Below, one piece after another: positions 16,301-26,874 of a stretch of 64,000 bases of DNA. The translations under genes were made by a program, and so were the position numbers. The notes under the pieces were generated by a model that did no database searches, was not told the DNA's origin, and saw only the letters and a program-made list of their open reading frames with translations. Each line of letters opens with the position of its first letter. The stretch's first letter is position 1. Source of the DNA: Oscillospiraceae bacterium (GTDB taxonomy: Bacteria > Bacillota > Clostridia > Oscillospirales > Ruminococcaceae); NCBI GenBank assembly GCA_022769365.1, contig JALEJO010000012.1, positions 2,917 through 66,916 on the forward strand. The letters are read 5' to 3'.

Positions 16301-16849
16301 ATGGAATTTACTAACATTCAGGATTTTCAGAGTCACATTAAGCGAGTGCTTATTACCGAAGAAGAAATAAAAAAAGCGGTCGCAGAAACAGGAAAGTATA
16401 TCGACGATTCATATGACGGAAAGCCTATACTTCTTGTAAGCATTTTAAAAGGATCATTCGTATTTCTTGCGGACGTTGCAAGAGCGGTAACAGTTCCTTG
16501 TGAAATAGGATTTATGGCGGCAAAAAGCTACTATGAAAGCACACAGTCATCAGGAATTGTTAAAATAACAATGGACTTGCAACAGGATATAAGCAAATAC
16601 CACGTTATAATAATTGAAGATATAATCGACACAGGAAGAACTTTAAAAGATGTTGTTAAACTTTTAAAGTCAAGAAACCCTATTTCACTTGAGGTTATAA
16701 CTCTTCTTGACAAGCCTGAAAGACGACTTGTTGACATCAAAGCGGATAAGGCACTTTTCACAATTCCTGACCATTTTGTTATCGGTTACGGACTTGATTA
16801 TGGCGAGTACTACAGAAACCTTCCGTATGTTGCGGAATATGGCGAGTGA
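16301..16849 (+). CDS. hpt: Hypoxanthine phosphoribosyltransferase
   Basis: LKGSFVFLAD, IIIEDIIDTGRTL, FVIGYGLDY; GGAGG RBS puts the start at 16301. Confidence 0.96.
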   Translation: MEFTNIQDFQSHIKRVLITEEEIKKAVAETGKYIDDSYDGKPILLVSILKGSFVFLADVARAVTVPCEIGFMAAKSYYESTQSSGIVKITMDLQQDISKYHVIIIEDIIDTGRTLKDVVKLLKSRNPISLEVITLLDKPERRLVDIKADKALFTIPDHFVIGYGLDYGEYYRNLPYVAEYGE

Positions 16850-16859
16850 GGTGCTTTAG

Positions 16860-18218
16860 ATGTTTGAAAAGATTTTTAAATTAAAACAGCATAACACAAA
16901 TGTTAAAACAGAAGTTGCAGCAGGCGTTACAACCTTTATGACAATGGCATATATACTTGCTGTAAACCCTAACATTCTTTCATCAACAGGAATGGACAGC
17001 ACGGCGGTTCTTCTTGCAACTTGTCTTGCTTCATTCTTGGGAACAGCCATAATGGCATTTTCAGCAAATCTTCCGTTTGCACTTTCAGCCGGAATGGGTC
17101 TTAACGCATATATGGCATATACCGTATGTGGAAACCTTGGCTATTCGTGGCAGGTTGCATTGCTTGCAGTATTTATCGAAGGTATAATTTTTATTATTCT
17201 TTCGCTTACAAATGTCCGAGAGGCAATTTTTAACAGTATACCGCTTTCGCTTAAACACGCTGTTTCAGTCGGAATAGGTTTGTTTATTGCTTTCATAGGA
17301 CTTCAGAACGCAGGTCTTTCAGTTGCATCTTCAACACTTGTTTCACTTGTTGATTTCAGAGAAAACTTCCATACAGCAGGCATTTCGGCATTGCTTGCAC
17401 TCATAGGACTTATTGCAATTTGCATACTTTATATAAAAAATATAAAGGGTTCAATACTTATAGGAATAATTGGAACCTGGCTTCTTGGAATAGTATGTCA
17501 GCTTGTTGGATTGTATGTACCTGACAATGAAACATATTTTTCACTTTTCCCTCAGTTTGCAATGACAGACTTCACAAAACTTGGTGAAACATTCGGACAG
17601 TGTTTTAATGTTGATTTCAGCAATGTCGGAATTTTCAATTTTATAGTTGTTATATTCTCATTCCTTTTTGTTGACTTATTCGACACACTCGGAACACTTA
17701 TCGGTGTTAGTACAAAGGCAAATATGCTTGATAAAAACGGCAGACTTCCGGGAATAAAACCTGCACTTCTTTCAGATGCAATAGCAACATCAGCAGGTGC
17801 GGTTCTTGGTACATCAACAACAACAACATTTGTTGAATCATCAGCAGGTGTAGCATCAGGCGGCAGAACAGGTTTAACATCATTAACAACAGCCGTTTTA
17901 TTCCTTATATCAATGTTTTTTGCACCGATATTTGTTGCAATTCCTTCATTTGCAACAGCTCCGGCACTTATGATGGTAGGCTTCCTTATGTTCAGCAATG
18001 TAACACAGCTTAAATTCGACAGCAAAAACTATACATCAGTAATACCTGCATATTTATGTATAATTGCAATGCCTCTTTTCTATAGTATTTCAGAAGGTAT
18101 TTCAATAGGTGTTATATCATATGTTATAATCAATCTTATATGTGGAAAGAGAAAAGAAATCAAGCCTATAATGTATGTTTTGGCAGTACTGTTTATTTTA
18201 AAATATATTTTCCTTTAA
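16860..18218 (+). CDS. NCS2 nucleobase permease (AzgA/PbuG-like)
   Basis: TFMTMAYIL.VNP, GMGLNAY, DLFDTLGTL, FVESSAGV..GGRTGLT, ATAPAL. Confidence 0.93.
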   Translation: MFEKIFKLKQHNTNVKTEVAAGVTTFMTMAYILAVNPNILSSTGMDSTAVLLATCLASFLGTAIMAFSANLPFALSAGMGLNAYMAYTVCGNLGYSWQVALLAVFIEGIIFIILSLTNVREAIFNSIPLSLKHAVSVGIGLFIAFIGLQNAGLSVASSTLVSLVDFRENFHTAGISALLALIGLIAICILYIKNIKGSILIGIIGTWLLGIVCQLVGLYVPDNETYFSLFPQFAMTDFTKLGETFGQCFNVDFSNVGIFNFIVVIFSFLFVDLFDTLGTLIGVSTKANMLDKNGRLPGIKPALLSDAIATSAGAVLGTSTTTTFVESSAGVASGGRTGLTSLTTAVLFLISMFFAPIFVAIPSFATAPALMMVGFLMFSNVTQLKFDSKNYTSVIPAYLCIIAMPLFYSISEGISIGVISYVIINLICGKRKEIKPIMYVLAVLFILKYIFL

Positions 18219-18307
18219 TAAAAACTTGAATTAATTTTAATCGTATTAAAAAGTCAAGCTGTGGCTTGGCTTTTTTTAGGGTAATGGTATCTAACAAGGA
18301 GAAATAA

Positions 18308-18889
18308 ATGAATTTTTTAGAAGAAAGAATTTTAAAAGACGGAATTGTAAAAGAGGGAAATGTTTTAAAAGTAGACAGTTTTCTTAATCATCAGATGGAC
18401 GTTGAACTTTTCAATCAGATGGGTGAAGAGTTCAAAAGAAGATTTAAAGGCAGAAATATAAATAAAATTCTTACAATTGAAGCATCAGGAATAGGTATTG
18501 CCTGTGTTGCTGCAATACATTTCGGAGTGCCTGTTGTTTTTGCCAAAAAATCAAAAAGTATAAACATTGACGGTGATATGTATATAGCAGATGTTGAGTC
18601 ATTTACTCATAAATGCAAAAATCAGGTTATAGTTTCAAAAAAGTTTATAGGAGAAAATGACCATGTTCTTTTGATTGATGATTTTCTTGCAAACGGCTGT
18701 GCATTGCAGGGACTTATTTCAATTGTTAATCAGGCAGGAGGAACAGTTGAAGGAATAGGCATAGCTATTGAAAAAGGTTTTCAGTCAGGCGGACAGATAA
18801 TCAGAAATCTTGGTTATCATCTTGAATCACTTGCAATAGTTGATTCAATGAATGCTGAAACGGGTGAAATTGAATTCAGAAAACAATAA
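18308..18889 (+). CDS. xpt: Xanthine phosphoribosyltransferase
   Basis: [39 protein letters not shown]. Confidence 0.96.
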   Translation: MNFLEERILKDGIVKEGNVLKVDSFLNHQMDVELFNQMGEEFKRRFKGRNINKILTIEASGIGIACVAAIHFGVPVVFAKKSKSINIDGDMYIADVESFTHKCKNQVIVSKKFIGENDHVLLIDDFLANGCALQGLISIVNQAGGTVEGIGIAIEKGFQSGGQIIRNLGYHLESLAIVDSMNAETGEIEFRKQ

Positions 18890-18936
18890 TTTACACCTTA
18901 ATATAATTTTTCATTAATCAGTAAAGGAGATAAAAA

Positions 18937-20439
18937 GTGAAAAAATATCTGAAATTTTTAACGATTTTTGCAGTACTTGCAGTTATGCTTATGTCAATGT
19001 GCAGCTGCGGCAAAAAAATTGCAGAATCAAAAGTAAAGTCGGTTGATGATCTGCCTGGTGCTGTTATAGGTACACAGCTTGGCACAACAGGCGACATCTA
19101 CGCAAGTGACTATGAAAAAGACGGTTCTGTTATTAAGCAGTATAACAAGGGTTCAGATGCTGTAATGGCATTGAAACAGGGAAAAATCGACTGCGTTATA
19201 ATAGATAATGAACCTGCGAAGAAATTTGTTGCAATAAATAGTGATTTGAAAATTCTTCCTGAAGAATTTGTAAAAGAAGATTATGCAATATGCATAGCAA
19301 AGGAAAATACAGAACTTCTTGACAAAGTAAATAAAGCTTTGGCAGAATTAAAATCAGACGGAACACTTGATAAAATAATATCAAATTATATAGGCGATAA
19401 TGCAGGAGAAACACCATATGTTTCACCTGAAGGCACAGACAGAAGCAACGGCACATTAACAATGGCAACAAACGCACAGTTTGAACCATATGAATACAGA
19501 AAAAGCGGCGAAATAGTCGGAATAGATGTTGATATGGCAACAGCACTTTGCGATAAACTCGGAATGAAACTTGAAATACAGGATATTGAATTTGATTCAA
19601 TTATAACCGCTGTACAGTCAGGCAAGGCTGATATAGGCGTTGCAGGTATGACTGTAACGGAAGACAGACTTAAAAATGTAAACTTCTCAGACCCTTATAC
19701 AACCGCCACACAGGTTATTATTGTAAGAAATGACAGCGGTTCTTCAGGCGGATTTATTTCAAAGGAAAAATTTGAAAACAACTTTATAAAAGATAACAGA
19801 TGGAAATTTGTTGTTGATGGTTTATTAAACACATTGAAAATCAGTTTCTTTGCCGTTTTAATAGGTGTTGTATTTGGATTCTTACTTGCAATAATAAGAT
19901 TTTCATGTGATATAACAGGCAAGGCAAAAATAATAAACTGGATATGCAAAGCATACATAACAATAATACGAGGAACTCCGACAATGATACAGCTTCTTAT
20001 TATTTACTATGTAGTTTTTGCAAGTGTAAATATAAACGCTGTTTTTGTTGCAATAGTTGCATTCGGACTTAATTCATCGGCATATATAGCTGAAATAGTT
20101 CGTTCAGGACTTTATTCAATCGATAAAGGACAGCTTGAAGCAGGCAGAAGCCTTGGTTTTAACTATTCAAAAACAATGTGGTATTTCATTCTTCCGCAGG
20201 CTGTTAAAAATATTCTGCCGGCACTTGGCAACGAATTTATTGTTTTGCTTAAAGAAACATCAATTTCAGGATACATAGGAATACTTGACCTCACAAGAGG
20301 TGGTGACCTTATAAGAAGCCGAACATATGATGCGTTTATGCCTCTTATAGCAGTTGCACTTATTTATCTTGCACTTGTTATGTTCCTCAGTATGCTTGTT
20401 GGACGACTTGAAAGGAGATTGAAGAAAAATGACAAATGA
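18937..20439 (+). CDS. Polar amino-acid ABC transporter: two substrate-binding domains fused to a permease (GlnP-like)
   Basis: Lipobox-like CSCG; two PBP family-3 repeats (GTQLGTTGD; [15 protein letters not shown]); TMD with [15 protein letters not shown] and an EAA loop ([10 protein letters not shown]). Confidence 0.92.
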   Translation: MKKYLKFLTIFAVLAVMLMSMCSCGKKIAESKVKSVDDLPGAVIGTQLGTTGDIYASDYEKDGSVIKQYNKGSDAVMALKQGKIDCVIIDNEPAKKFVAINSDLKILPEEFVKEDYAICIAKENTELLDKVNKALAELKSDGTLDKIISNYIGDNAGETPYVSPEGTDRSNGTLTMATNAQFEPYEYRKSGEIVGIDVDMATALCDKLGMKLEIQDIEFDSIITAVQSGKADIGVAGMTVTEDRLKNVNFSDPYTTATQVIIVRNDSGSSGGFISKEKFENNFIKDNRWKFVVDGLLNTLKISFFAVLIGVVFGFLLAIIRFSCDITGKAKIINWICKAYITIIRGTPTMIQLLIIYYVVFASVNINAVFVAIVAFGLNSSAYIAEIVRSGLYSIDKGQLEAGRSLGFNYSKTMWYFILPQAVKNILPALGNEFIVLLKETSISGYIGILDLTRGGDLIRSRTYDAFMPLIAVALIYLALVMFLSMLVGRLERRLKKNDK

Positions 20440-21166
20440 TGTTATAATTCACGTTGAAGATTTAAAAAAATCCTTCGGAAAGCTTGTTGTTTTGGACGGA
20501 ATAAATCTTGATATAAGAAAAGGTGAGGTTGTTGTTATATTAGGACCGTCAGGCTGCGGAAAATCAACATTTTTACGTTGTCTTAATCTTCTTGAAACAC
20601 CGACAAGCGGAAAAATTTTCCTTGATGAAACTGAAATAACAGCACCAAAAACAAACATAGATGTTCAAAGACAAAAAATGATGATGGTATTTCAGCATTT
20701 TAATTTATTTCCGCATCTTTCAATTTTGGATAATTTAACAATTGCACCGATAAAATTAAAGAAAATAAGCAGGGAAGATGCCGAAAAAAAGGCAATGGAA
20801 CTTCTTAAAAGAGTCGGTCTTGAGGATAAAGCAAAAGACTATCCCGACCAGCTTTCAGGCGGTCAGAAGCAGAGAGTTGCGATATGCAGGGCACTTGCAA
20901 TGGAACCTGAAATAATTCTTTTTGATGAACCTACTTCAGCCCTCGACCCTGAAATGGTAGGGGAAGTTCTTGATGTTATGAAAGAACTTGCTGAAACAGG
21001 TATAACAATGGTATGTGTTACTCACGAAATGGGATTTGCAAGAGAAGTTGCAAGCCGTGTTATTTTCTTTGACAAAGGCGTTGTCGCAGAAGACGATACA
21101 CCTGAAAATGTTTTCAATTCTCCGAAACACCCAAGACTTAAAGAATTTCTTTCAAAAGTTATGTAA
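20429..21166 (+). CDS. glnQ: Polar amino-acid ABC transporter ATPase (GlnQ-like)
   Basis: [48 protein letters not shown]. Confidence 0.93.
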   Translation: MTNDVIIHVEDLKKSFGKLVVLDGINLDIRKGEVVVILGPSGCGKSTFLRCLNLLETPTSGKIFLDETEITAPKTNIDVQRQKMMMVFQHFNLFPHLSILDNLTIAPIKLKKISREDAEKKAMELLKRVGLEDKAKDYPDQLSGGQKQRVAICRALAMEPEIILFDEPTSALDPEMVGEVLDVMKELAETGITMVCVTHEMGFAREVASRVIFFDKGVVAEDDTPENVFNSPKHPRLKEFLSKVM

Positions 21167-21180
21167 TATGAAAATATATA

Positions 21181-21216
21181 AAAACAGCCTGATTTTTCTG
21201 ATTTCAGGCTGTTTTT
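21181..21216. terminator. Bidirectional terminator
   Basis: AAAACAGCCTGA / TCAGGCTGTTTT between convergent genes. Confidence 0.85.
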
Positions 21217-21218
21217 CG

Positions 21219-21593
21219 TTAAAAATAATTTTTACTTTCAAAATAGGCTTTTTGTAGTGAAAAAAGAATTGTATCTTTTTCTTTTTCGGATAAAGTTCCG
21301 TTTTTAAATAAAAAAGCAAGATTTTCCGCTATTTTTTTTGCTTTTTCTGAATCTGGCATTGAAACATTATCAACAACATCCGAAATATCTTCATTTTCTT
21401 CAGTAAGAAGATAATTTACATCAACATTGAATAAATCTGCAAGTTTGCTGTACATTTCTCTGTTTCTCGGGTATCTTCCTTCACATTCATATGTTATGTA
21501 TGTTCTTCTTGTAACGCCTATTGCATCAGCGGCTTTTTGTTGTGAAATATCTTTTGACAGCCTTAATTTTTTGAGTTTGTCTCCAAATTTCAT
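21219..21593 (-). CDS. XRE-family HTH repressor (orphan)
   Basis: MKFGDKLKKLR..SQQKAADAIGVTRRTYITYE; AAGGAG RBS; TTGACC-17-TATAAT promoter at 21666-21638. Confidence 0.9.
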   Translation of the reverse strand: MKFGDKLKKLRLSKDISQQKAADAIGVTRRTYITYECEGRYPRNREMYSKLADLFNVDVNYLLTEENEDISDVVDNVSMPDSEKAKKIAENLAFLFKNGTLSEKEKDTILFSLQKAYFESKNYF

Positions 21594-21669
21594 AATATTT
21601 TATCTCCTTTTTAATGTGAAAATTAACCACACACTTTATTATATCATATTTTATTTTTAAGGTCAAATC

Positions 21670-21701
21670 AATTAGGAATTAGGAATGAGGAGTGAGGAAT
21701 T
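21670..21701. repeat. Isolated heptamer terminus of the palindromic element (copy D, no body)
   Basis: AATTAGG AATTAGG AATGAGG AGTGAGG AATT with no internal hairpins following. Confidence 0.8.
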
Positions 21702-22000
21702 AAATAAAAAAAATTTTTTCAAAAAACACTTGACGAAATTGTTTTTTTATGTTATAATAGTTATACCTCTTTACGGGGTTTATTTTTATGCACTGATTTC
21801 TACAGCAGCGAAAATAAAATTCGCAGCATTCATATTTTATAAAATATCGTTTCTGATGATGTTTCTATGCTTTTTATGTCATCAATTTGCGATTTAATAT
21901 GAAGTACAATGATGTGTATACTGCCCGCATGAGGGAGGCAAAGCAACCCGATTCGGTTCAAAAACGAATCAAATAAAATTCCAATTATGGAGGTGCCGAT

Positions 22001-22150
22001 ATGAGAGTTAAAATCACTTTAGCTTGTACAGAATGCAAACAGCGTAATTACGTTGCAAAGAAGAACAAGAAAAACGATCCAGACCGTATTGAATTAAACA
22101 AATACTGTAAGTTCTGTAAGAAGCATACTCTGCACAAGGAAAGCAAGTAA
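22001..22150 (+). CDS. rpmG: 50S ribosomal protein L33 (49 aa, absent from the ORF track)
   Basis: [49 protein letters not shown]; GGAGG RBS; Zn-binding CxxC form. Confidence 0.98.
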   Translation: MRVKITLACTECKQRNYVAKKNKKNDPDRIELNKYCKFCKKHTLHKESK

Positions 22151-22162
22151 GCGGAGGTCATT

Positions 22163-22447
22163 ATGGCAAAGAAAGAATTAGATTCTTTGGACGAAAAAAA
22201 GAGCAAAAAGACTTCATCTAAAAAGAGTGCCAAAAATGACAAAAAACCAGGCTTTTTCGCAAGAATAAAGAAATGGTTCCATGACTTACGCAGTGAGTTT
22301 AAAAAGGTTACATGGCCTGATAAGAAAACAGTTGTAAATCATACTTCTGTCGTTCTTGCAGTTGTCATTGTATTCAGCGTATTTTTAGGATTACTCGATG
22401 AAGGTTTGCTGAAACTGATGGAATTACTTATTTCACTTGGTAAGTAA
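22163..22447 (+). CDS. secE: Preprotein translocase SecE
   Basis: SEFKKVTWP motif plus one TM helix; located between rpmG and nusG. Confidence 0.95.
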   Translation: MAKKELDSLDEKKSKKTSSKKSAKNDKKPGFFARIKKWFHDLRSEFKKVTWPDKKTVVNHTSVVLAVVIVFSVFLGLLDEGLLKLMELLISLGK

Positions 22448-22545
22448 GGCCGCAAAAAAAGAATTCAGTCGATCCTTTATAATTCATAAACGAATTACAA
22501 GGTTTCGATATTGCAGAAATTATTTTCAGGAGGGTATTGTGCAAT

Positions 22546-23073
22546 ATGGCTGAAATGGCAAAATGGTACATAATTCATACCTATTCAGGTTATGAAAACA
22601 AAGTTGCTCAGACAATAACAAAGGTAGTTGAAAACCGAAAGCTGCACGATCTTATCTGTGAAGTCAGTGTCCCTACCGAAAAAGTTACAGAAGTTGTTAA
22701 CGGAAAAAAACGTGAGATAGAACGCAAAATCTATCCTGGTTACGTTCTCGTTAAAATGATCTGCAATGACGATTCATGGTATGTTGTAAAAAATACCAGA
22801 GGTGTTACAGGCTTTGTAGGACCGGGATCAGAACCTACTCCTCTCACAGATGAGGAAGTTGCTGCTCTTGGTATTGAAGGCGAAAAGAAAGTTGAAATCA
22901 ACATTGCCGAAGGCGATACTGTTCAGGTTATCGGAACAGCTATGGACGGCTTTGTTGGAACTGTTAAATCGGTTAACATCGAAGACGAAACAGTTGATAT
23001 TATAGTTTCAATGTTCGGACGTGAAACACCTGCAACTCTGAGTCTTACTCAGGTTGCGAAAATGGACTATTAA
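22546..23073 (+). CDS. nusG: Transcription factor NusG
   Basis: WYIIHTYSGYENKV, YPGYVLV, TRGVTGFVG, KOW domain, MFGRETP. Confidence 0.98.
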   Translation: MAEMAKWYIIHTYSGYENKVAQTITKVVENRKLHDLICEVSVPTEKVTEVVNGKKREIERKIYPGYVLVKMICNDDSWYVVKNTRGVTGFVGPGSEPTPLTDEEVAALGIEGEKKVEINIAEGDTVQVIGTAMDGFVGTVKSVNIEDETVDIIVSMFGRETPATLSLTQVAKMDY

Positions 23074-23136
23074 AATTTCAGATTTAACTTAACAGCAGCG
23101 TTTTTATTAATGTCTGCTTTGGGAGGTATTTACTTT

Positions 23137-23562
23137 ATGGCACAGAAAGTAACAGGCTTTATAAAGCTCCAGATTCCTGCAGGAAAGGCTACACCAGCTC
23201 CACCGGTTGGTCCTGCACTTGGTCAGCATGGTGTTAACATCATGGCTTTCACAAAGGAATTCAACGAAAGAACAAAGAATGATATGGGTATGATCATCCC
23301 TGTTGTTATCACAGTTTATGCTGATCGTTCTTTCACATTCATCACAAAAACACCACCGGCAGCTGTTCTTATCAAGAAGGCTTGCGGTATTGAAAGCGGC
23401 AGCGGCGTTCCTAACAAGACAAAGGTTGCCACAATCACAAAAGAACAGGTTCAGAAAATTGCTGAACAGAAAATGCCTGACTTAAACGCTGCTTCAATTG
23501 AATCAGCTATGTCAATGATCGCAGGTACATGCCGTTCAATGGGCATCACAGTTGTTGACTAA
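23137..23562 (+). CDS. rplK: 50S ribosomal protein L11
   Basis: [19 protein letters not shown]; start at 23137 after GGGAGG. Confidence 0.99.
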   Translation: MAQKVTGFIKLQIPAGKATPAPPVGPALGQHGVNIMAFTKEFNERTKNDMGMIIPVVITVYADRSFTFITKTPPAAVLIKKACGIESGSGVPNKTKVATITKEQVQKIAEQKMPDLNAASIESAMSMIAGTCRSMGITVVD

Positions 23563-23585
23563 CTAAAAAATAAGTTTCGCAAACA

Positions 23586-23633
23586 GTGGGAGGAAAATTC
23601 CGCTAACTGACAATTTAATGCCAGTATTACCAC
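23586..23633 (+). promoter_or_regulatory. Probable L1-binding autoregulatory RNA site
   Basis: GTGGGAGG...ACCAC closing helix between rplK and rplA, the usual Firmicutes position. Confidence 0.7.
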
Positions 23634-23657
23634 GATTTTGGGAGGATAATTTAAATA

Positions 23658-24353
23658 ATGAAACATGGTAAGAATTACAGCGACAGCTTAAAGACTGTCG
23701 AATTAACAAAGCTTTATGATTCAAATGAAGCACTTGATCTCGTTTGCAAGAACGCAAAGGCTAAGTTCGATGAAACTGTTGAAGTACACATTCGTCTTGG
23801 CGTTGACTCACGTCACGCTGATCAGCAGGTCAGAGGTGCAGTAGTTTTACCTAACGGTACAGGTAAAAATGTTCGTGTTGTTGTTTTCTGTAAAGAAGAT
23901 AAGATCGAAGCTGCAAAGGCAGCAGGTGCTGAATATGCAGGCGGTCAGGATCTTGTTGACAAGATTACAAAAGAAAACTGGATGGACTTCGACGTTGTAG
24001 TTGCAACACCTGATATGATGGGTCTTGTTGGTCGTCTTGGTCGTGTACTTGGACCGAGAGGCTTAATGCCAAACCCTAAGGCTGGTACAGTTACACCTGA
24101 CGTTGCAAAGGCTGTAAACGATGCTAAGGCTGGTAAAATTGAATATCGTCTTGACAAAACAAACATCATTCACTGTCCTATCGGTAAGGTTTCATTCGGT
24201 GCTGAAAAGCTCGGAACAAACTTTGATACACTTCTTGAAGCTGTTGCAAAGGCTAAGCCAGCAGCTGCAAAGGGTACTTACATCAAGTCATGCACAGTTG
24301 TTTCAACAATGGGCGTTGGTGTTAAGGTTTCAACAACAAAATATGGTGTTTAA
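23658..24353 (+). CDS. rplA: 50S ribosomal protein L1
   Basis: [35 protein letters not shown]. Confidence 0.99.
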   Translation: MKHGKNYSDSLKTVELTKLYDSNEALDLVCKNAKAKFDETVEVHIRLGVDSRHADQQVRGAVVLPNGTGKNVRVVVFCKEDKIEAAKAAGAEYAGGQDLVDKITKENWMDFDVVVATPDMMGLVGRLGRVLGPRGLMPNPKAGTVTPDVAKAVNDAKAGKIEYRLDKTNIIHCPIGKVSFGAEKLGTNFDTLLEAVAKAKPAAAKGTYIKSCTVVSTMGVGVKVSTTKYGV

Positions 24354-24372
24354 TCACTGATTTATAAAAAGT

Positions 24373-24406
24373 AAAAAAGAGAGATGTTTTTGCATCTCTC
24401 TTTTTT
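24373..24406 (+). terminator. Terminator after rplA
   Basis: AAAAAAGAGAGATG / CATCTCTCTTTTTT. Confidence 0.85.
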
Positions 24407-24456
24407 AGTAAATGGCTATCTTTCGCAGATAAACAACAAATACGAAAGGAAAATCA

Positions 24457-26832
24457 ATGAAAAATTTTATTAAAAAAGCGGTGGCAGGAATTTTAACGGC
24501 GGCAATTGCAGCTATGAATTTTATTCCTGCGTTCACTGTTTCCGCTGAAGAATCACAAACCCTTAAAGTTCATAATCTTGTTTTGTTTGCACAGTTTCCG
24601 AATGAAGACGCAAACTATAATTTTATGAGCGATAAAACAGAAAAAATGCTTGAATTTTGTGAAGCAGAAAATACAACACGTTCTTTTAAAGGCTATATAA
24701 ACGAAATTTCTTATGGACAAATGAACGTTGATTTTGTTTTTCCTCAGCTTGAAGATAACCTTATAACACCTTATACAATGAAAAAATCACAGTCTGAATA
24801 TACCAATGTTGAATTGATGATTACAGAACTTGTTTCAAATGCAAAAATTCCTGAAAATGCTGAACTTGACGGAAATAATGACGGCGTTGCCGATAATATA
24901 ATAGTTGTTTTTGACTCAGATTCAAAGTCGGCATCATCAATTTTCTGGCCAAGAGCAATTTCACTCCCTGGAATAGATTTAAACGGAACAATAAGCGGAA
25001 TGGTAAATCTACATAACAGCTATTCACTTTTTGAAAGTTTTGTAAGCGGCGGTGCAGGTGTTTTATGTCACGAATTTCTGCATTCTATGGGATACCCTGA
25101 CCTCTATCGAAACAGCAACAGAGATGGTGCTCCTGTCGGCTTATGGGATATTATGTCATCTGATTCAATTTATCTGCAATATCCTCTTGCCTATATGAGA
25201 TACAGCGTTTCGGGCTGGCTTGATGCGGAAACAATTACAAAAAGCGGAACATATGAACTTCTTCCTGCATCTGAAAAAAGCGGAAAAAGATTATATTTAA
25301 TTAAAACTCCAATGTCGGATACAGAATTTTTTGCTGTTGAATTCAGACAAAAAGGCAAAGCCTATTCAAATGATATGGACGAAAAAATATACGGTTCAGG
25401 ACTTGTTGTATATCGTGTAAATACTGAAATACGTGGAAATTACAAGGAAAATGGCGACCAGATATATGTTTTCAGACCTGAAGAAACAGGACTTGATGCA
25501 GGCTTTGGTGATTTGCATAAATCAAATTACGGCGGGGAAAATGCACCTGACAGCATCGGTTCGCTCGATTTGACAGATACTTTTGCAGATAATGCACTTG
25601 TATATTCTAACGGAACAAACAGCGGCATCAAATTATCCGATATCACAATAAATGATGATAAACTTTCTTTTAAAGTTGATTTTGCTGATTTAACTGATTT
25701 TGATACATGGAAGTCAATGCCTGTCCCTGATGATTCTGTTTCTGCTGATTCTTTGGATATTGAAGCATCGAACAATACTCCTTATCTTTTAACAGATACA
25801 AAAAATGGAACAGCAGTTTTCAGTTATGAAAATGATGAATGGAAAGCGTACACAACGGAACTTCCTGAAAAAGCTTACAATGCAAAACTTATTATGAATG
25901 GAAATACTCCATATGTACTTTACAATGATTCTCAATTTTTCTTCACAATAAGATATTATAAAGACGGCAACTGGAAATTTCTTTTAAAGGGAAGTGAAAT
26001 AAATCAGTATCAGGACTTTTGTATTTACGACAATAAAATATATCTTGCATATACAACGGGTTCATTTCCATATCAGCTTCATTTACTTTCATACGACCTT
26101 CTCACAGGTGATTCAGAGAACTATGTAAACGGTTCAGGTGATGTGTGTAATATTTCAATAGCAGCCAACAAAAACGGCGTAGCGGTGTCATACAGAGGCA
26201 CAGAAGATACTTCTCCATTTGTTGATATATGGAAAAGCAGAACCGAAAAAGAAACAATAAAATTATCCGACGAAAACAGTGGAATTACAAAAATAGTTTC
26301 AGATGAAAATAAATTTTATGTAACTTCAACCGAAAAATCGGCAGGACTCTATACAATAGAAAACAGCAAATCTGAAAAGACTGATTTTTCAGGAATAAAT
26401 GGAAATATATTTTTTGCTGAACCTTTTATGTGTGAAAATGATTTATATGTTACACTTAACACTCAGAATCCTGATGACCTTTCAGTTTATAAAGTTGTAA
26501 ATAATAAACTTGAAAAAGTAAGAAACAGCATTTTAAGTGAAACAGTAAATAATTCTGTTTCATGTGCAGGACAAAATGCAATATACACAGCTTATATATC
26601 TCTTTCAGGGAATATTGCAATTAAAAAAATCGATTTGAAAAATTCATCTGAAAATATAATTGGAGATGTAAATAAAGACAGCATTTTTAATATTGCAGAT
26701 ATTGTAACTCTTCAAAAATATATTTTAAATCAGGAAATTTCGATTTTTGACTATAAATCGGCAGATATAAATAATGATAACAAAATAAATGTTATTGACC
26801 TTGCTTTACTAAAAGAGAAAATTTCAGAATAA
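24457..26832 (+). CDS. Secreted M6-family (immune inhibitor A-like) metalloprotease with a C-terminal type I dockerin
   Basis: Signal peptide ending VSA; CHEFLHSMGYPDLY zinc motif and WDIMS Met-turn; propeller-like middle region; duplicated Ca-loop GDVNKDSIFNIADIVTLQKYIL...ADINNDNKINVIDLALLK. Confidence 0.9.
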   Translation: MKNFIKKAVAGILTAAIAAMNFIPAFTVSAEESQTLKVHNLVLFAQFPNEDANYNFMSDKTEKMLEFCEAENTTRSFKGYINEISYGQMNVDFVFPQLEDNLITPYTMKKSQSEYTNVELMITELVSNAKIPENAELDGNNDGVADNIIVVFDSDSKSASSIFWPRAISLPGIDLNGTISGMVNLHNSYSLFESFVSGGAGVLCHEFLHSMGYPDLYRNSNRDGAPVGLWDIMSSDSIYLQYPLAYMRYSVSGWLDAETITKSGTYELLPASEKSGKRLYLIKTPMSDTEFFAVEFRQKGKAYSNDMDEKIYGSGLVVYRVNTEIRGNYKENGDQIYVFRPEETGLDAGFGDLHKSNYGGENAPDSIGSLDLTDTFADNALVYSNGTNSGIKLSDITINDDKLSFKVDFADLTDFDTWKSMPVPDDSVSADSLDIEASNNTPYLLTDTKNGTAVFSYENDEWKAYTTELPEKAYNAKLIMNGNTPYVLYNDSQFFFTIRYYKDGNWKFLLKGSEINQYQDFCIYDNKIYLAYTTGSFPYQLHLLSYDLLTGDSENYVNGSGDVCNISIAANKNGVAVSYRGTEDTSPFVDIWKSRTEKETIKLSDENSGITKIVSDENKFYVTSTEKSAGLYTIENSKSEKTDFSGINGNIFFAEPFMCENDLYVTLNTQNPDDLSVYKVVNNKLEKVRNSILSETVNNSVSCAGQNAIYTAYISLSGNIAIKKIDLKNSSENIIGDVNKDSIFNIADIVTLQKYILNQEISIFDYKSADINNDNKINVIDLALLKEKISE

Positions 26833-26837
26833 AAACA

Positions 26838-26870
26838 AACGGCACTATGAAAAATCATAGTGCCGTATTT
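26838..26870. terminator. Bidirectional terminator
   Basis: ACGGCACTATGA-aaaa-TCATAGTGCCGT between convergent genes. Confidence 0.85.
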
Positions 26871-26874
26871 TATA

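Noticed and set aside
21685-21897. 70-aa ORF MRSEELNKK...
   Set aside because: Starts in the solo heptamer cap, runs through the rpmG promoter and has low-complexity AT-driven composition.
21900-21970. tRNA or ANTAR hairpin upstream of rpmG
   Set aside because: No cloverleaf or TpsiC arm; the single TAC-AATGAT-GTG hairpin has no partner hairpin or overlapping terminator.
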